Shown: positions 1-13,029 of the stretch, piece after piece | Layout of the letters: each line of letters starts with the position of its first letter | Numbering within the stretch: the first letter of the stretch is position 1 | NCBI GenBank assembly: GCA_951406725.2 | Contig: OX597814.1 | Location: 20,522,001-20,586,000, forward strand | Reading direction: 5' to 3' | DNA from: Octopus vulgaris | Lineage: Eukaryota | Length of the DNA stretch: 64,000 nucleotides | Program-made: the position numbers and the translations under genes | Notes under the pieces: generated by a model | The model's database searches: none | What the model saw: only the letters and a program-made list of their open reading frames with translations | What the model was told of the DNA's origin: nothing

Positions 1-273
1 TGCCTTAATGCTGGAGCTGACATATCTTGAGCAGCTGGTAATCATGGTTTCATACTTCTATAACAGAAAGCCTTGTGAGAGGTTTTTAACATTTTTGTTG
101 ATAGAAAACCGTTTATCCACACTTGTTCAACAGTGAATGTAAACTTTTACTTGAAAATACCTGGGGGTCAATTCTGTGATGTATTTAACGTAAGAAACTC
201 AGAGAAAATGACTGCAAACACTTTTTTAAAATATAACGGGTCCATAAGCTTGTGCCACGTATACTCCATTCAT

Positions 274-572
274 TTAACCCTGTTGCACATGACCATACCA
301 GCACAGTTGTTTCTCTCGCACACCACATCTGATGCTTCTTATGTCCAACATTTCTCTTAGGGTGCTTACATTCTGTCGTGTTTGCGCACTGACATTACAC
401 ATCCAGCGGATCATGCTAGCTTCATTTCTTTCAAGCCTACACATGTCCTCCACAGTCATGGCCCATGTTTCACTGCCGTGAAGCATGGCAGTTCGCACAC
501 AGGCATCCTACAATCTACCTTTCGCTCTGAGCAAGAGGCCCTTTGTCACCAGTAGGGGTAGAAGCTTTCTAA
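274..572 (-). mobile_element. RTE-clade LINE fragment (post-RT C-terminal region), decayed
   Basis: ORF 274..498 [36 protein letters not shown]...WYGHV matches the longer RTE copy at 9082-9540. Confidence 0.9.
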
Positions 573-579
573 ACTTTAA

Positions 580-838
580 ATTATGGGGATGTAAACAAAC
601 CAACACATTTAGTCAAGCAGTGGTGAGGTGACAAACACAAAGACACGCATACATAGATATATACATGTATATACATACAAGAGGTTTCTTTCAGTTTCTG
701 ACTATCAAATCCATTCGCAAGTCTTTGGTCAGCCAAGGGTTATCATAGAAAACACTCACCCAAGGTGTCACACAGTGGGACTGAACCCAGAATCATTTGA
801 CTGAAAGAAACTTCTTACCACACAGCCACACTTGCATC
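580..838 (-). mobile_element. tRNA-headed SINE, family A (CORE-like central motif)
   Basis: Minus strand reads gtggctgtgtggtaagaag (A-box-like), gggttcagtcccactgtgtgacaccttgggtgagtg (B-box-like plus CORE-like motif), gaaactgaaagaaacc, then a TA/TG tract. Related copies at ~15727-16290(-), 22875-23170(+), 23465-23545(+), 30664-30960(+), 30970-31095(+), 31350-31510(-), 57050-57425(-), 62268-62335(+). Confidence 0.8.
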
Positions 839-906
839 TATAAAACAGTTAAATTTGTGATCTCTTGCAAGACATGAACTCTTATGACTGGATTCAGTTA
901 CGCCAT

Positions 907-1065
<159 letters not shown>

Positions 1066-4000
1066 TAGAAATTGATAAATTTTGTTTTGGAAATAGCTGT
1101 CGATCATTCAGTTAACAAAAAGATGTTACTTGAATGATGAAACATAGTAACAATCTCTGGGTAGCAATCATCACCTTTATCTGAATATAAAAATGTAAAT
1201 ATACTTACATGTAAACTCACACAGATATATATATATATATATATATTGCAATGGAAAAATTATCCAAGAAATGTAACTTATAAGTAAATGTTTGTAATCC
1301 TACCTTGAATATTTAGTTGCTAAGTTCAGTGAGTCCTCTAAACAAGTGTATTTTCCTGTGAAATGCTGAACTGAGGTTATGATAAATAGGTCTTGTGACT
1401 ATTGCATTTATAGCTTATTTTGGTCATAAGACTAAAAAATGAGTAGGTTTCAGAATAAAACAGTATAAATGGGCAGGTTGTTATGTTAGTAGGAAAACCA
1501 GTCAAGAATTAGCGCACCTCACAAGATTATATGTTTTAAAAATTTGGCTTATTTCTGTTAATGTAACAAAAGAATTTTTTTGTATATAAGTTTTCCTCCT
1601 CTCGTTGCCAATAAAATATATTATAAAAATAGTTTTGAGTAGTGTAATTTTGCATAAAGCCTCTAACACATAAAAAACAAAACAAAAGAAATGAGCCATT
1701 ATTCAGAGATACAAATGTAGACATGTATAGATGTATATAAATTTTGAATACAATAGATAATTGGAGCTCTTCAACAAAGTTGTGTATAATTCTATTGTAA
1801 TGGAATGGCATCATTAGCAGTGACAGTTACAAATATATAACCACAACAACAATATCAGTAACTATAAAGTATTTGAAATATTAAATATTATTATTATTTT
1901 CACTTTTGATGCTTTTCAATGTCTTTTGTATATGTAAATGGATGTTGAAATTCAGCATTGATTTGTTATAGAATGGAAGGAATAATTTATTCAATAGAGC
2001 TTTTTGTTTATTCAATACTGATTGTTTCATCTATTGTTTGCAAAAATTTAACTGAGGATTCAGTTCTATAGCCTTGTATTTAAACTCCTACATAGCACCT
2101 AAATCCAAACTCTTGATATTTGTTAACACTGACCTGTTGAAAACAATGAACATATTCAAATAGTTTTATTGATTTGGGAATCAATCAGTTATCTTTACAT
2201 GAGGTAATTTGATATTTGTTGTATTTCCTTCTGCAGGTAAAATATTACAGAACACTTTTTAAAACTGTTATGTAACTGTAAAACTTTTTATTCCAGGGTT
2301 TCAAATTAATCTAGTCTGAGAAGTAGAATGTTCTAAGTTTATTTTCTTGTGAATTTTGTTGAATGCAAATGATTTGAAGTCTACATATAATTTTAGTGTT
2401 CAGAGTGTATGCATATATTATTAACTCTGCATATATCCAAATGAAGCCACCTGTGTTACCATTCAATAATAATTCTTTCATAGTTTTATGAAAGAATTTG
2501 ATGATTGCATTATATCAATCAATGCATTTAGAAAAATTAAGCTTTCCTAAACTTTGATGATCTTAGGAATTAATTTTTGAATCTTTTTTTATTAATATAA
2601 TTTTGAGTTACAATCTCATATTAGGCTCTTAAAATATCCTTTCAACTAATCTGTGGTCCTAAAAGAGATATCCAAGGGTTATGTGGTTCTTAAAGAATAT
2701 AAATCAATGAACTAACCGAAGATACATTGTAACTAAAAATTTTAGAACTTCAAAATAGTCATCTTTTAGTAATATGATTTATGGGAAACAGATACATTAA
2801 TTCTAAAGGAATTGTCATAGGAAATTTGGGCTTTAAATCTTGTTTCTCTTCAAAGAAAATGCATAAATAAAATATATAAAAACTCATCATAAAATATACT
2901 GCAAAAAATGTTACTGAGCTTTAGTAAAACATTAAAAGAATACTTAGGCATTGAAACTTTATATTGTAGAAAAATTACTGAGTCATATTCAGTAAAAAAC
3001 AATTTGTTTGCCTTCTTGTAACAGATTTTATTTCAATTATTATTATATTTTATGATAAAAAATATAACTGTGATATTAATGCATTTTTAGATGATGTGGC
3101 AACATACTATGTCCAGTTGAGACGTGGCTAAGAGATCAAGCACTGATAGCTTATAACTTGATCCTCTTTAACCTTCTACACAGATAACATCTCATTTCAT
3201 GTCAAACTTCATTGCTTTCATAAAAGGATACTGAAAATATTCTCCAATGGAGATATAACAATCTAGTTTCTTTCAACAGCACAATGGCTCAATTGCTGCT
3301 CATATGATGAAAAAAAAAATCTTGTACCTCAACCATGAGAAGGTGAGGTACTACAATATTGCAATTAAAACCTTCCAAGTTGCTAAAAATGTTAGCTTTC
3401 ATTCCTGACAACTCCACTTGTATAACATAACTGAATCTACTTCCAAAAGATTAGCCTTTTCACTTTGTTTTTATGGTTTAGTAGAGAATGAGGCTGTACT
3501 TGTGACATTCAACTTCTGAAACTGGTGAGATTGATGCAGTTTATGTTCAGCTTGAACATCTTGTAAATCAATGTCTGTAGGAAATAGGTTAGTAGAGGCA
3601 GGATTGAGCACGATGGTTAAATACAGTGTCCGAACAATGAGTTACAGACTGGGTGAGAAGAGAAGAGACAGGTGTGTTGGGTAGCTTAGTGGAGATGGTA
3701 TTCAGCCATCTAAGTTCAAAGAAACAGCAATGGTTGTATCAGTGATAGAATAGGGAGAAATGATAGCAGCTGTAGCATGTTGATGAGTGAGTCTTTCTTT
3801 ACCAGTCAGTTGAATGGCTCTCTTTTAAATGTATTCTTGAATGTTCCTGTGTATAGCTACATTGCCAATCCAGATGTTTGAGCAGTACTCCAATGTGCAT
3901 CCTACTTGAACGCTAGAACCACAGAATACTTCAATTCTGTTTACCTTCTGACCCTGTAGCACACTATCTCAACAGATGTTCAGAATTCTCAAGAAAACAT

Positions 4001-4514
4001 CTGCTTTCTTATCCTTTTCAAAATATAAGCTATTGCTCTCTTAACGCCTTCCATCACATAACAATTTACATTGATGGACATGCAAATGTATAATGACATG
4101 ATTTAAAATTTGCCATGAAAACATCTAAAAACACTTTATCATTTTTATGCCAAGTAATTGTCAATGATTTAAAGACCTCTTGCTTTAGAATGTTATATTT
4201 TAATTATAATCTTCTACTATAATTTTAGATAACCTTAATTTATATTCCTAACACTAGCTAATAATGTAGAAGTTATTTTACTAAATTTCTCCAAATCCTT
4301 CATTATTTTGAAAGGAATTAATACAGACAATGCTTTGTTTTTTAGAAATACAATAACACGGTTAATATCTATGCACAAATCTCATCTAGAGGACAACAAA
4401 GAACTTTATATTGATAATGACTGAAGTATAATAACAACAATTGAACAAATTAACTTATCACTATAGATTCAGCTAGCAATGACCATACCTACAATAATCC
4501 ACAATATAGATAGG

Positions 4515-5107
4515 GAGACCATAACCTTATGGCCTATGCCAGGGGTGTAACCTGTTCACTTATGCGTGCCTTTCCTTCATTGGACACTAAACTCTGCTTG
4601 CGAAGACCTGTTGAGGCAAGTGAAATCAAAATCGAAATCTAACTTGGTGACTGGCATTAGTTGCTAGTGGAGTGCTAAGAGTACCATATGAGTGAGATCA
4701 TTGCCAGAGCAAGAAGCTGGCCTTCATACCGATGGCATGTTAAAAACACCATTCGAGCATGATCGTTACCTGTGTTGCCTTACTAGCACTTGTGTTGGTG
4801 GCACGTGAAAAAAACATTCGAGCGAGGTCATTGCCAGTGCCGCTGGACTGGCTCCTGTGCAGGTGGCACATAAAAAGCACCATTTGAGCGTGGCCATTGC
4901 CAGTACCACCTAACTGGTCCTCATGCCAGTGGAATGTAAAAGCACCCACTTCACTCTCGGAGTGGTTGGCATTAGGAAGGGCATCCAGCTGTAGAAACTC
5001 TGCCAGATCAGATTGGAGTCTGGTGCAGCCATCTGGTTCGCCAGACCTCAGTCAAATCGTCCAACCCATGCTAGCATGGAAAGTGGACGGTAAACAATGA
5101 TGATGAT
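4515..5107 (+). mobile_element. RTE 3'-UTR-only copy with tandem ~55-60 bp units and (GAT)n tail
   Basis: Starts gagaccataacc (as at 18258), has repeated ggcac(g/a)taaaaagcacc units, ends gttggcattaggaagggcatccagctgtagaaac...ccaacccatgctagcatggaaagtggacggtaaacaatgatgatgat. Shorter copies at ~11490-11695(+), 20880-21170(+), 21305-21435(+), 23565-23750(-), 44150-44340(+), 51220-51350(+), 54392-54570(-), 56400-56675(+), 59410-59650(+). Confidence 0.88.
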
Positions 5108-6054
5108 AGATAGATAGATAAACATTCACTATATAATTTTAAGTATCGAATAGTACCTGGACAGTGTCCAATATTTAAAACAATTCACATTCCACATAAA
5201 TTGACATCTGCAGACAACTGTTTGATGATACTAGGATTCCTATTTTATTCAAAACTAACTGGTGTCAATCACATAATGGTTTATTTTTTAAATATGCTAA
5301 TTTTTTAATGCCTACCCATACAATATTGAATATATGCTTAATAATTCTCTTATATTATTTCAAAAAGTACAGCGGATTCTGTGCTTTTCTGCAGAGATCT
5401 AATGATGATGAAACATATCTGGAGTAGCCTTCTGTTCTTGTGGAAATGATTAAAATAACATTAATTATTGAGCTCAATTTTGTCAGAATTTTGATTAGAT
5501 TTTTTAATGTTCATGAAGACTTACTTTGCTCTGCCACGCAATATCACTAGTAATATGGGATACTTGGCATCATCACTTGATCTGCGAGGAAAAATTGCCA
5601 GATCTCCTTCAAATCACACTCTACTATTTTAAAAACAGAAAGACACATTGGAGAGTGTTGTCCTGGTTACACTGTCTCAAAATGAATACAGTAACGAAAG
5701 GTTTAAATCAAATGCTGATTAAAACTATCACAGATAAAGATGTATAATGTTCAATAGCACAGCTGTCTCTCTGTAAACAGGTACTTTTGGAAAATATAAT
5801 ATGTTGTTGTAGGCTTTATGGACTTTATAGCACTAGCAAATATTTTGTTGGTTTTAAGTGCTGTGTTTAGGTCCAGACCCATAATAAGCAATGTGAATCC
5901 TTTGAGTATATTATTCCATTGAATCACTAAATTTTGGTGAAGAACTTAATGGCACCTCAATGGCCTATTAAGTTTATGGAACTGTGATGAAGTGGAATGT
6001 TTTGAGAAGAGAGAGTAGACAATCTTGAAAGCAAGCTTATTTAGGAGTATTTAC

Positions 6055-6250
6055 TTATGAGAGAGTCTCTATATGGTCGTTTGATTTGCTAGGAATAGCA
6101 GTCAAATCTTCCTCAAATTATACTCTGGAAAGAGAGTGCCATATCAGATAATGCATTCCCAGATATGCAGTAATCATGAGAAAGATGGAATGGCCATACT
6201 TATTACCTTTGATCATAGGACTACTCTCTCATGGCTTACCCTAGGCTAAA
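6055..6250 (+). mobile_element. Old interspersed repeat, family C (probably SINE-derived)
   Basis: A recurrent motif, approximately gacctgctagaaatagcagccaaatctccctcaaatcacacc, occurs here and at ~5540-5760, 13320-13640 (several degenerate units), 15225-15400, and inverted at ~21975-22200, 39060-39240, 45795-46020, 51440-51550. Confidence 0.55.
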
Positions 6251-6284
6251 ATAGTTTAAATAATGTTATATACTCTGCTAGATA

Positions 6285-6316
<32 letters not shown>

Positions 6317-6541
6317 TATTCTTTAACAAGAATAATATTGGCAATGACTGAAGTTTTGGCTAGCTAAGCCATCATCAGACTGTTCAATGATAGCTTGTTG
6401 ATTGAAACTTCAAAATCACTGTCAATACTATTCTTATTAAAAAGCAATAAATCTTTACTCTACAAAAGTATGGAGTAACCCTCCAGATTAATGTAAAATT
6501 ATTTTTATGATGAATGAACATAAAATCAAACATTGAAATAT

Positions 6542-6579
<38 letters not shown>

Positions 6580-6582
6580 GCA

Positions 6583-7460
6583 TGTCATGCATTCAAAAAG
6601 TATCAGACTATTTTTCCCTGCTAAAACTAATGCTGTGTGGGGAAAATCCTTTGGATGAGAGGTGATGCCACACTTCTGTGCATGCTTAAAGATTTTCATG
6701 CTGGTAGGCTGCATCAGTTCCTGACTTATGCCTAATGTACAGATGCTCATCAGATTTTTGTTTTCACACACGATGTCCAAACACATCAAGCAGAGTCCAA
6801 AACTCCGTGTTCCATCACCAGGATGATAGTCTCTATGAAATCTGGGTCATGGTTTACACAGTCCAGCATGTCCTGAGTGATTTCCATATGGAGTTGCTTC
6901 TGCTGTTCCACCAGCACCTTGGGGATGAATTTCATCAACACTCTCAGCATGCACAAATCCTGTGTTGAAATGGAAAGAACTGTGCTTATACCAACTATGT
7001 GAGCGATTTCCTAGATTGTTACATGATGGTCTTCCATGACAATTCACTGAATCTTCTCAATTGGCTCCACATTTTGGCTTGTGGATGGCCTGCCTGAGCT
7101 TACCTTGAGATAGGCCATTCCTGAAGTGGTTATACAACTCCTTGATCTGAGTTTTTCCTATAGCATCATTGCCAAAAGTCTGTTGAATCTTCTGGATTGT
7201 TTGAGCTTGAGTATCATCGACATTTTGGCGAAACTTGATGTAATATCTCTGCTTGATGCATTTAGTGTAAATGAAAATCCTACAAGCACACACTACATGT
7301 CTGTACTCTAGGCATAACAGCTGAGAACTGACAAGGCCTACTGGTGCAATAATCATGTACATGCAGGAAGAGTGGTGTCATATCTGACACAAAGGATTTT
7401 GCCTCCACGGCATTAGTCTTGGTGTGAAAAAATAGCCAGATACTTTTTGAACAAATCTGG
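6583..7460 (-). mobile_element. Mariner-like DNA transposon relic, internally deleted
   Basis: TIR pair ttcaaaaagtatcagactattttt (6592-6615) / aaaaatagccagatactttttgaa (~7428-7451); minus-strand QRYYIKF...TIQKIQQTFGNDAIGKTQIKELYNHFRNG resembles a mariner N-terminal HTH; stops and frameshifts present. Confidence 0.85.
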
Positions 7461-7478
7461 TGCATGCATGCACGCACG

Positions 7479-7533
<55 letters not shown>

Positions 7534-7639
7534 GATAATAATAATATGAGGGAATATTATTCCAAACTTATAGGGAAAAATTCAATTTAGAAATACTAAA
7601 TCAAATTTCACAAAAATATATAAAATATAATATAGAAAA

Positions 7640-10128
7640 GAAAAAAATTGCCAATGTTCTGCGCCGTGAGGACCAAAGACTGGAAGTGTTTCGCGTTGCA
7701 AGACAGTGTGTGAGAGAGAATTGTGATGTGGTAGGAGAGAAGTGTGTTCACATGGAAGATGGGTCACTTGCGCTAAACGAGGATGCAAAGAGAGAGGCTT
7801 GGAGACGCCACTACGAAAGGTTGCTGAATAAAGAAAATGAATGGGATAAAGAGAGTCTGCCAAATGTTGACCCAACAGAGGGACCAGCTATCAGAGTTGA
7901 TAGTTCCTTAGTAGTTAAGGCAATTAGAAGCATGAAGACAGGGAAAGCCCCAAGCCCATCAGGTATCACTGCAGAGATGCTCAAAATATCTGGTAGTGTC
8001 GGCTATAGCCTAGTCACCTGTATAGTTAATCAGGTGATACACGAAGGAGTCATACCCAATGACTGGTGTAGCAGCATAATAGTCAACTGCTACAAAGGTA
8101 AAGGTGATGCCCTAGATACAAATAATTACAGAGGTATCAAGCTGTTGGATCAGGTAATGAAGGTTACAGAGAGGGTCATAACCCAACTAATTAGAGAGAG
8201 AGTTAGTTTAGATGAGATGCAGTTTGGGTTCGTGCCAGGGAAAAGTACCACTGATGCTATATTCCTGGTAAGGCAGCTGCAGGAGAAATACCTAGCCAAA
8301 GATAAGCCCCTGTACCTGGCTTTTGTTGACATGGAGAAAACCTTCGACAGGGTCCCCCGATCCCTCATCTGGTGGTCAATGAGGAAACTAGGGATAGATG
8401 AATGGTTAGTGAGAGCTGTGCGAGCCATGTACAGGGACGCTACTAGTAAGGTGAGGGTTGGCAACGAGTACAGTGAAGAATTCCGGGTAGAGGTAGGGGT
8501 CCACCAAGGCTCAGTCCGCAGCCCCTCCTATTTATCATAGTCCTCCAGGCAATAACGGAGGAATTCAAGACAAGATGCCCCTGGGAGCTCCTCTATGCTG
8601 ATGACCTTGCTCTAATTGCTGAGTCACTATCAGAACCGGAGAAGTTTCAGGTGTGGAAGCAAGGATTAGAATCAAAGGGCCTTAGAGTCAATCTAGCTAT
8701 AACCAAAGTCCTAATAAGTAGGAAGGTAGACAAATCACAAACGCCTTCATGTAGATGGCCCTGCTCGATCTGTAGAAAAGGTGTAGATAGAAACTCTATA
8801 AGATGCACCAAGTGTAAGCTATGGACACATAAGAGGTGCAGCAATGTCAAAGGAAGGCTAACTAGGAAGATGGTTTTTGTATGTGGCAGATGCTCGGGAG
8901 CATTAACCTCTGAAAATCTGCAGAAAACAACTTCCGTCACTTTCCAGGGGGAAAACTAGAAATAGTTGATAGATTCCGTTATCTTGGTGACCAAGTCAGT
9001 AGTGGGGGTGGGTGTGCTGAAAGTGTAACGGCTAGAGTAAGAATAGCCTGGGCAAAGTTTAGGGAGCTCTTACCTCTGCTGGTGACTAAAGGCCTCTCGC
9101 TCAGAGTAAAAGGCAGACTGTATGATGCATGTGTACAAACAGCCATGCTACATGGCAGTGAAACATGGGCCGTGACTGCTGAGGACATGCGTAAGCTCGT
9201 GAGAAATGAAGCCAGTATGCTCCGATGGATGTGTAATGTCAGTGTGCATGCTCAACAGAGCGTTAGTACCCTGAGAGAAATGTTGGACCTATGGAGCATC
9301 AGTTGTGGTGTGCAAGAGAGACGATTGCGCTGGTATGGTCATGTGGCGAGAATGGATGAAGATAGGTGTGTGAAAAAGTGCCAATCCCTAGCAGTGGAGG
9401 GAACCCATGGAAGAGGTAGACCCAGGAAAACTTGGGACGAGGTGGTGAAGCACAACCTTCGAACTTTAGGTCTCACTGAGGAAATGACCAGTGACCGAGA
9501 CCTTTGGAAATATGCTGTGCGTGAAAAGACCAGGCATGTCCACTTATGCATGCCTTTCCTCTCTTGGACACACAAAGACCTGTTGAGGCAAGCAAAGTCG
9601 ATATCGAACCTCATCCTACGACAGGCACCTATGCCAACCCCCCTTTGCTTGCGAAGACCTGTTGGGGCAAGTGAAATCGGAATCGAAATTGAACCAATCC
9701 TATGACTGGCACCCGGCAGATGCCAGGACCCCTGGACTGGAGATACGTAAAAAGCACTATCCGAATCGTGGCCGATGCCAGCGCCGCCTCAACTGGCTTC
9801 TGTGTCGGTGGCACGTAAAAAGCACCATCCGAATCATGGCCGAAGCCAGTGCCGCCTCGACTGGCTTCCGTGCAGGTGGCACGTAAAATGCACCAATCTG
9901 ACCGTGGCCGATACCAGCCTCGCCTGGCACCAGTGCAGGTGACACGTAAAAAGCACCCACTACACTCACGGAGTGGTTGGCGTTAGGAAGGGCATCCAGC
10001 TGTAGAAACATTGCCAGATAAGACCGGAGCCTGGTGCAGCCTTCTGGCTTCCCAGATCCCCGGTCGAACCATCCAACCCATGCTAGCATGGAGGACGGAC
10101 ATTAAACGATGATGATGATGATGATGAT
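7640..10128 (+). mobile_element. RTE-clade LINE, 5'-truncated and frameshifted (RT, PHD-like zinc finger, tandem-repeat 3' UTR, (GAT)n tail)
   Basis: ORF pieces 7686-8540 (NYRGIKLL, QFGFVPGKSTTDAIF, AFVDMEKTFDRVPR, GVHQGS), YADD at 8594-8605 after a frameshift, 8651-8959 (CxxC/CxxC/HxxC/CxxC), 9082-9705 (LRWYGHVARM, RGRPRKTW); tail gatgatgat ends at 10128. Confidence 0.95.
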
Positions 10129-10359
10129 ATAAATTAGAAAAAAACACCTTTTATCAATTCAATAATGAAAAATTAAATTATACCATTTAGAAAAATTAGC
10201 TATTATAGAAAGATTAAATATAAGATAAAACATATTTATTATTTTTCACATTACTTAATCATCATTATGTTTTATCTTATATTTAATCTTTCTATAATTT
10301 TTCTAAATGGTATAATGTAATTTTTCATTATTGAATTGATAAAAGGTGGGTTTTTTCTA

Positions 10360-10367
<8 letters not shown>
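10127..10367. repeat. AT-rich foldback (arms ~100-108 bp, spacer ~31 bp)
   Basis: 10127-10234 is the near-perfect reverse complement of 10266-10367. Confidence 0.9.
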
Positions 10368-10442
<75 letters not shown>

Positions 10443-10456
10443 GTGTGTGTGTGTAT
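10365..10456. repeat. (TA)n(CA)n(TG)n microsatellite
   Basis: Direct reading. Confidence 0.97.
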
Positions 10457-11824
10457 AGTTTTGAAATAGAAAGATAGGTATTAAACAACTCAGTTTCATT
10501 CTTCAATTTTTATTGATTGTTGATGCCAATTGTTTGAAAGGAAACTGGAAAGAGATCCAAGCTGAATGTAGTTGTTTTAATCCATTCATCTTAATCAAAA
10601 GAAAGAGTAATGAATGTGTGTAAATGTTAAAACAAGTTTGTTTTAAGGCTAGTTTGAAAATAACAATGGAACATTTACTGATGAGGGTAACTCTATGCTG
10701 ATACTTGAGTTAAATTTTGGGGGAAGACCAAGTTGACTAGGATTTAATGTTTTGCTTAGATTTTAAAACCCCATTTCATCATTGAGGTTTAGAAAAGCAT
10801 ATATGCATCCTCATTTTATGTCCACTTATGTTCAGCGGGATTTCATCAGTTGGAAGCCCATATCCTGCTCCAGTTCTGTCATCTGAACATCTGGTTGTCC
10901 TTCTGAACATTTGAATCTCTTTCTGAAGAGCTGGATGTCTTTCTGAACACCAACTACTCTACAGAATGTGTTAGATGTATCTGTTTGTGGTACCAGCATT
11001 GTAGAGGTTGTTTTACACTTGGCAAGACTAAAGGGTCCTATCAAGTCCTGTATTATTGCTTTTTGATTCAATTTCTCAATCACTTACCATCCATTGTGGG
11101 CCCCTCCACTCTCCCTCACATACTTACCTGCACATTCTCCATGCCCTCGCATACCTAAAATACTAACCCCAGCTACTCCAATTTCTCTCACCATTACTTG
11201 CTACAGTCATTTCTTCCCCATCTTGAAACATCCTTCTCTATCCCTCTGTACTTTGTGGATAGGTCCTGATGCATCTTCAATATTTCTCTCTCTCTCACTA
11301 ACTCTGTGTCTGTATCTTTCTCTCTGCCTCTATCTCTTTCTTCTCTGTTTTTTTTTTCCTACTGAGATAGCCAAGTATCTGCTCTATAGTGAGACACCCC
11401 TCTATTATACTTTAACCTCTCTACTGGCACAAAGCCTCTCTCAGTACCACTACTTCTCCTAGCCTAGAGGTCTTTGTCTTTCAAGTTACATGGCAACTCT
11501 GCTGATGCTGGTGCCACATAAAAAGCACCCTGCACATTTTGTAAAAGTGTTGTTGTTAGGAAGGGCAGCCAACTGTAGAAACCATACCAAAACAGACAAT
11601 CGAGCCTGGTGCAGTTTTGGGGCTTGCCAGCTCCTCTCAAACCACCCAACCCATGCCAGAATGAAAGATGGATGTTAGATGATGACAGTGATGAAAGCAA
11701 GAAATTTGATGTGAATACAATAACCAGATATCACTCTGTATCATCATAAAAAACAGAAGAAAATGTGAAATAGTAAAGAAAAACAATTGAGATGTTTATA
11801 TATATATATATATATATATACACA

Positions 11825-12385
11825 CTAGCAGTATAACCCGGCGTTGCTTGTGTTTGTTTTTTAGTTGCGCTTAAAACGGCAGATTTTGATGTTGCATTAA
11901 CAAAGTTTTGACATAGTTTCAATCTATGAATAAAAGTATAGTGTGGTGATGCTCGAGTTTGCTCTGAATGTGCTGCAAATGTGTAATGCCGACTTCAATT
12001 GTTGGTTAATATTCCTTCTATTAACATTTTGGAGAAAAAAATTACCTGAAGATTTAAAGCAAAATGAAGCTCAGGTTTAGAACTGCACTGAAAATCTATT
12101 AAGAAGTTAACATTGCAACAGTATTCATTAAGAAAAAGTACACAGCAGTCAAAAAATCGTAAAAATAGGGTTTTTTATAGAAAAAAAGCACCTTTTTGAT
12201 GTAAAAAATTTATGGTCTGATTTCAATTTTTTCTTCTACGGAATGAAGAGCAAGCCTTCTTCTATCATACTCTCAATTTTGGTCTCTTGCGCCGCAGGGT
12301 CTCGGAGGAGATAGTGTTAGTTGAAGGCTACCAAACCCCCCCACACACACACACAGACAACTTCAGCTTTATATCTATATATATA
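11825..12385 (-). mobile_element. Non-autonomous Helitron-like element
   Basis: Minus strand begins tatagatataaagctgaagttgtctgtgtgtg and ends gcaacgccgggttatactgCTAG|t (degenerate GC-rich subterminal hairpin plus CTAG 3' end); no TSD seen; lies in TA repeats. Confidence 0.75.
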
Positions 12386-12804
12386 TATTAAAAAAATAAT
12401 GAAAATATTTTTAGCTTATTATAGTCCTTCATTGATGGGGGACAGGTAATTGGGGAAAAGGAGAGAGAAATGGCAACACACCAACAATTAGGTACATAAA
12501 AGTTAAGATAATAATTAAATCACTGAATGATAGATTTGCATGAAACTAACATCAGTGTGAACAACAAAGCAATGTCCCTGTCTTTTACTGTATTATAATA
12601 TAAAAGCAACAGGCAGACAGAGGGAGAGAGAGAGAGAGATGGATGGAAGCACAGTCAGTTATGTATATAAACAATATGTAGTTTATCTAAGGAGAGTTAA
12701 CCCTGTATACAATTTTACTCAGTATTTAGCTGAGTGAATGGCTTGTCAGTATTTCTACAAAATTCAGCCATAGTGACAGCTGCATAGCAGCTAACTGCTT
12801 TTAA

Positions 12805-13029
12805 CCCATTAATGCATAGCATCCAGAAAAATGGACGCAGGAAAAATTACTACTGTGTGTTAAGTAAACTACCTATTGAGCTTATTTTTTGTGTAGTCTG
12901 CCTCTAAACTAGTGCCCTATGAGTGAGCAGGTGCTGCATACATACAAACAAACCAACTATACACATGTACGAAACAAGTTATAGTAATTTTTCCTGCGAC
13001 CATTTTTCTGGACGCTATGTATTAATGGG
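12805..13029. mobile_element. piggyBac-type MITE with ~50-bp TIRs
   Basis: TTAA|cccattaatgcatagcatccagaaaaatggacgcaggaaaaattacta ... tagtaatttttcctgcgaccatttttctggacgctatgtattaatggg|TTGA. Confidence 0.88.

Noticed and set aside
780-835. tRNA-like A/B boxes
   Set aside because: These are SINE heads; no complete cloverleaf is present.
1304-1355. Isolated minus-strand exon-like segment KYTCLEDSLNLATKYS (also weak candidates near 14180, 14361-14383, 19429-19441)
   Set aside because: Splice signals are plausible but could not be linked into a phase-consistent model; not distinguishable from chance by eye.
9705-9960. Regularly spaced repeats resembling a CRISPR array (also 18420-18680, 20880-21040)
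   Set aside because: The inter-repeat segments resemble each other, the array is part of an RTE 3' UTR, the DNA is eukaryotic and there are no cas genes.
10127-10367. Hammerhead motif or miRNA precursor in the smaller foldback
   Set aside because: No CUGANGA/UUGANAA plus GAAA core was found, and the arms are long, AT-rich and transposon-like.
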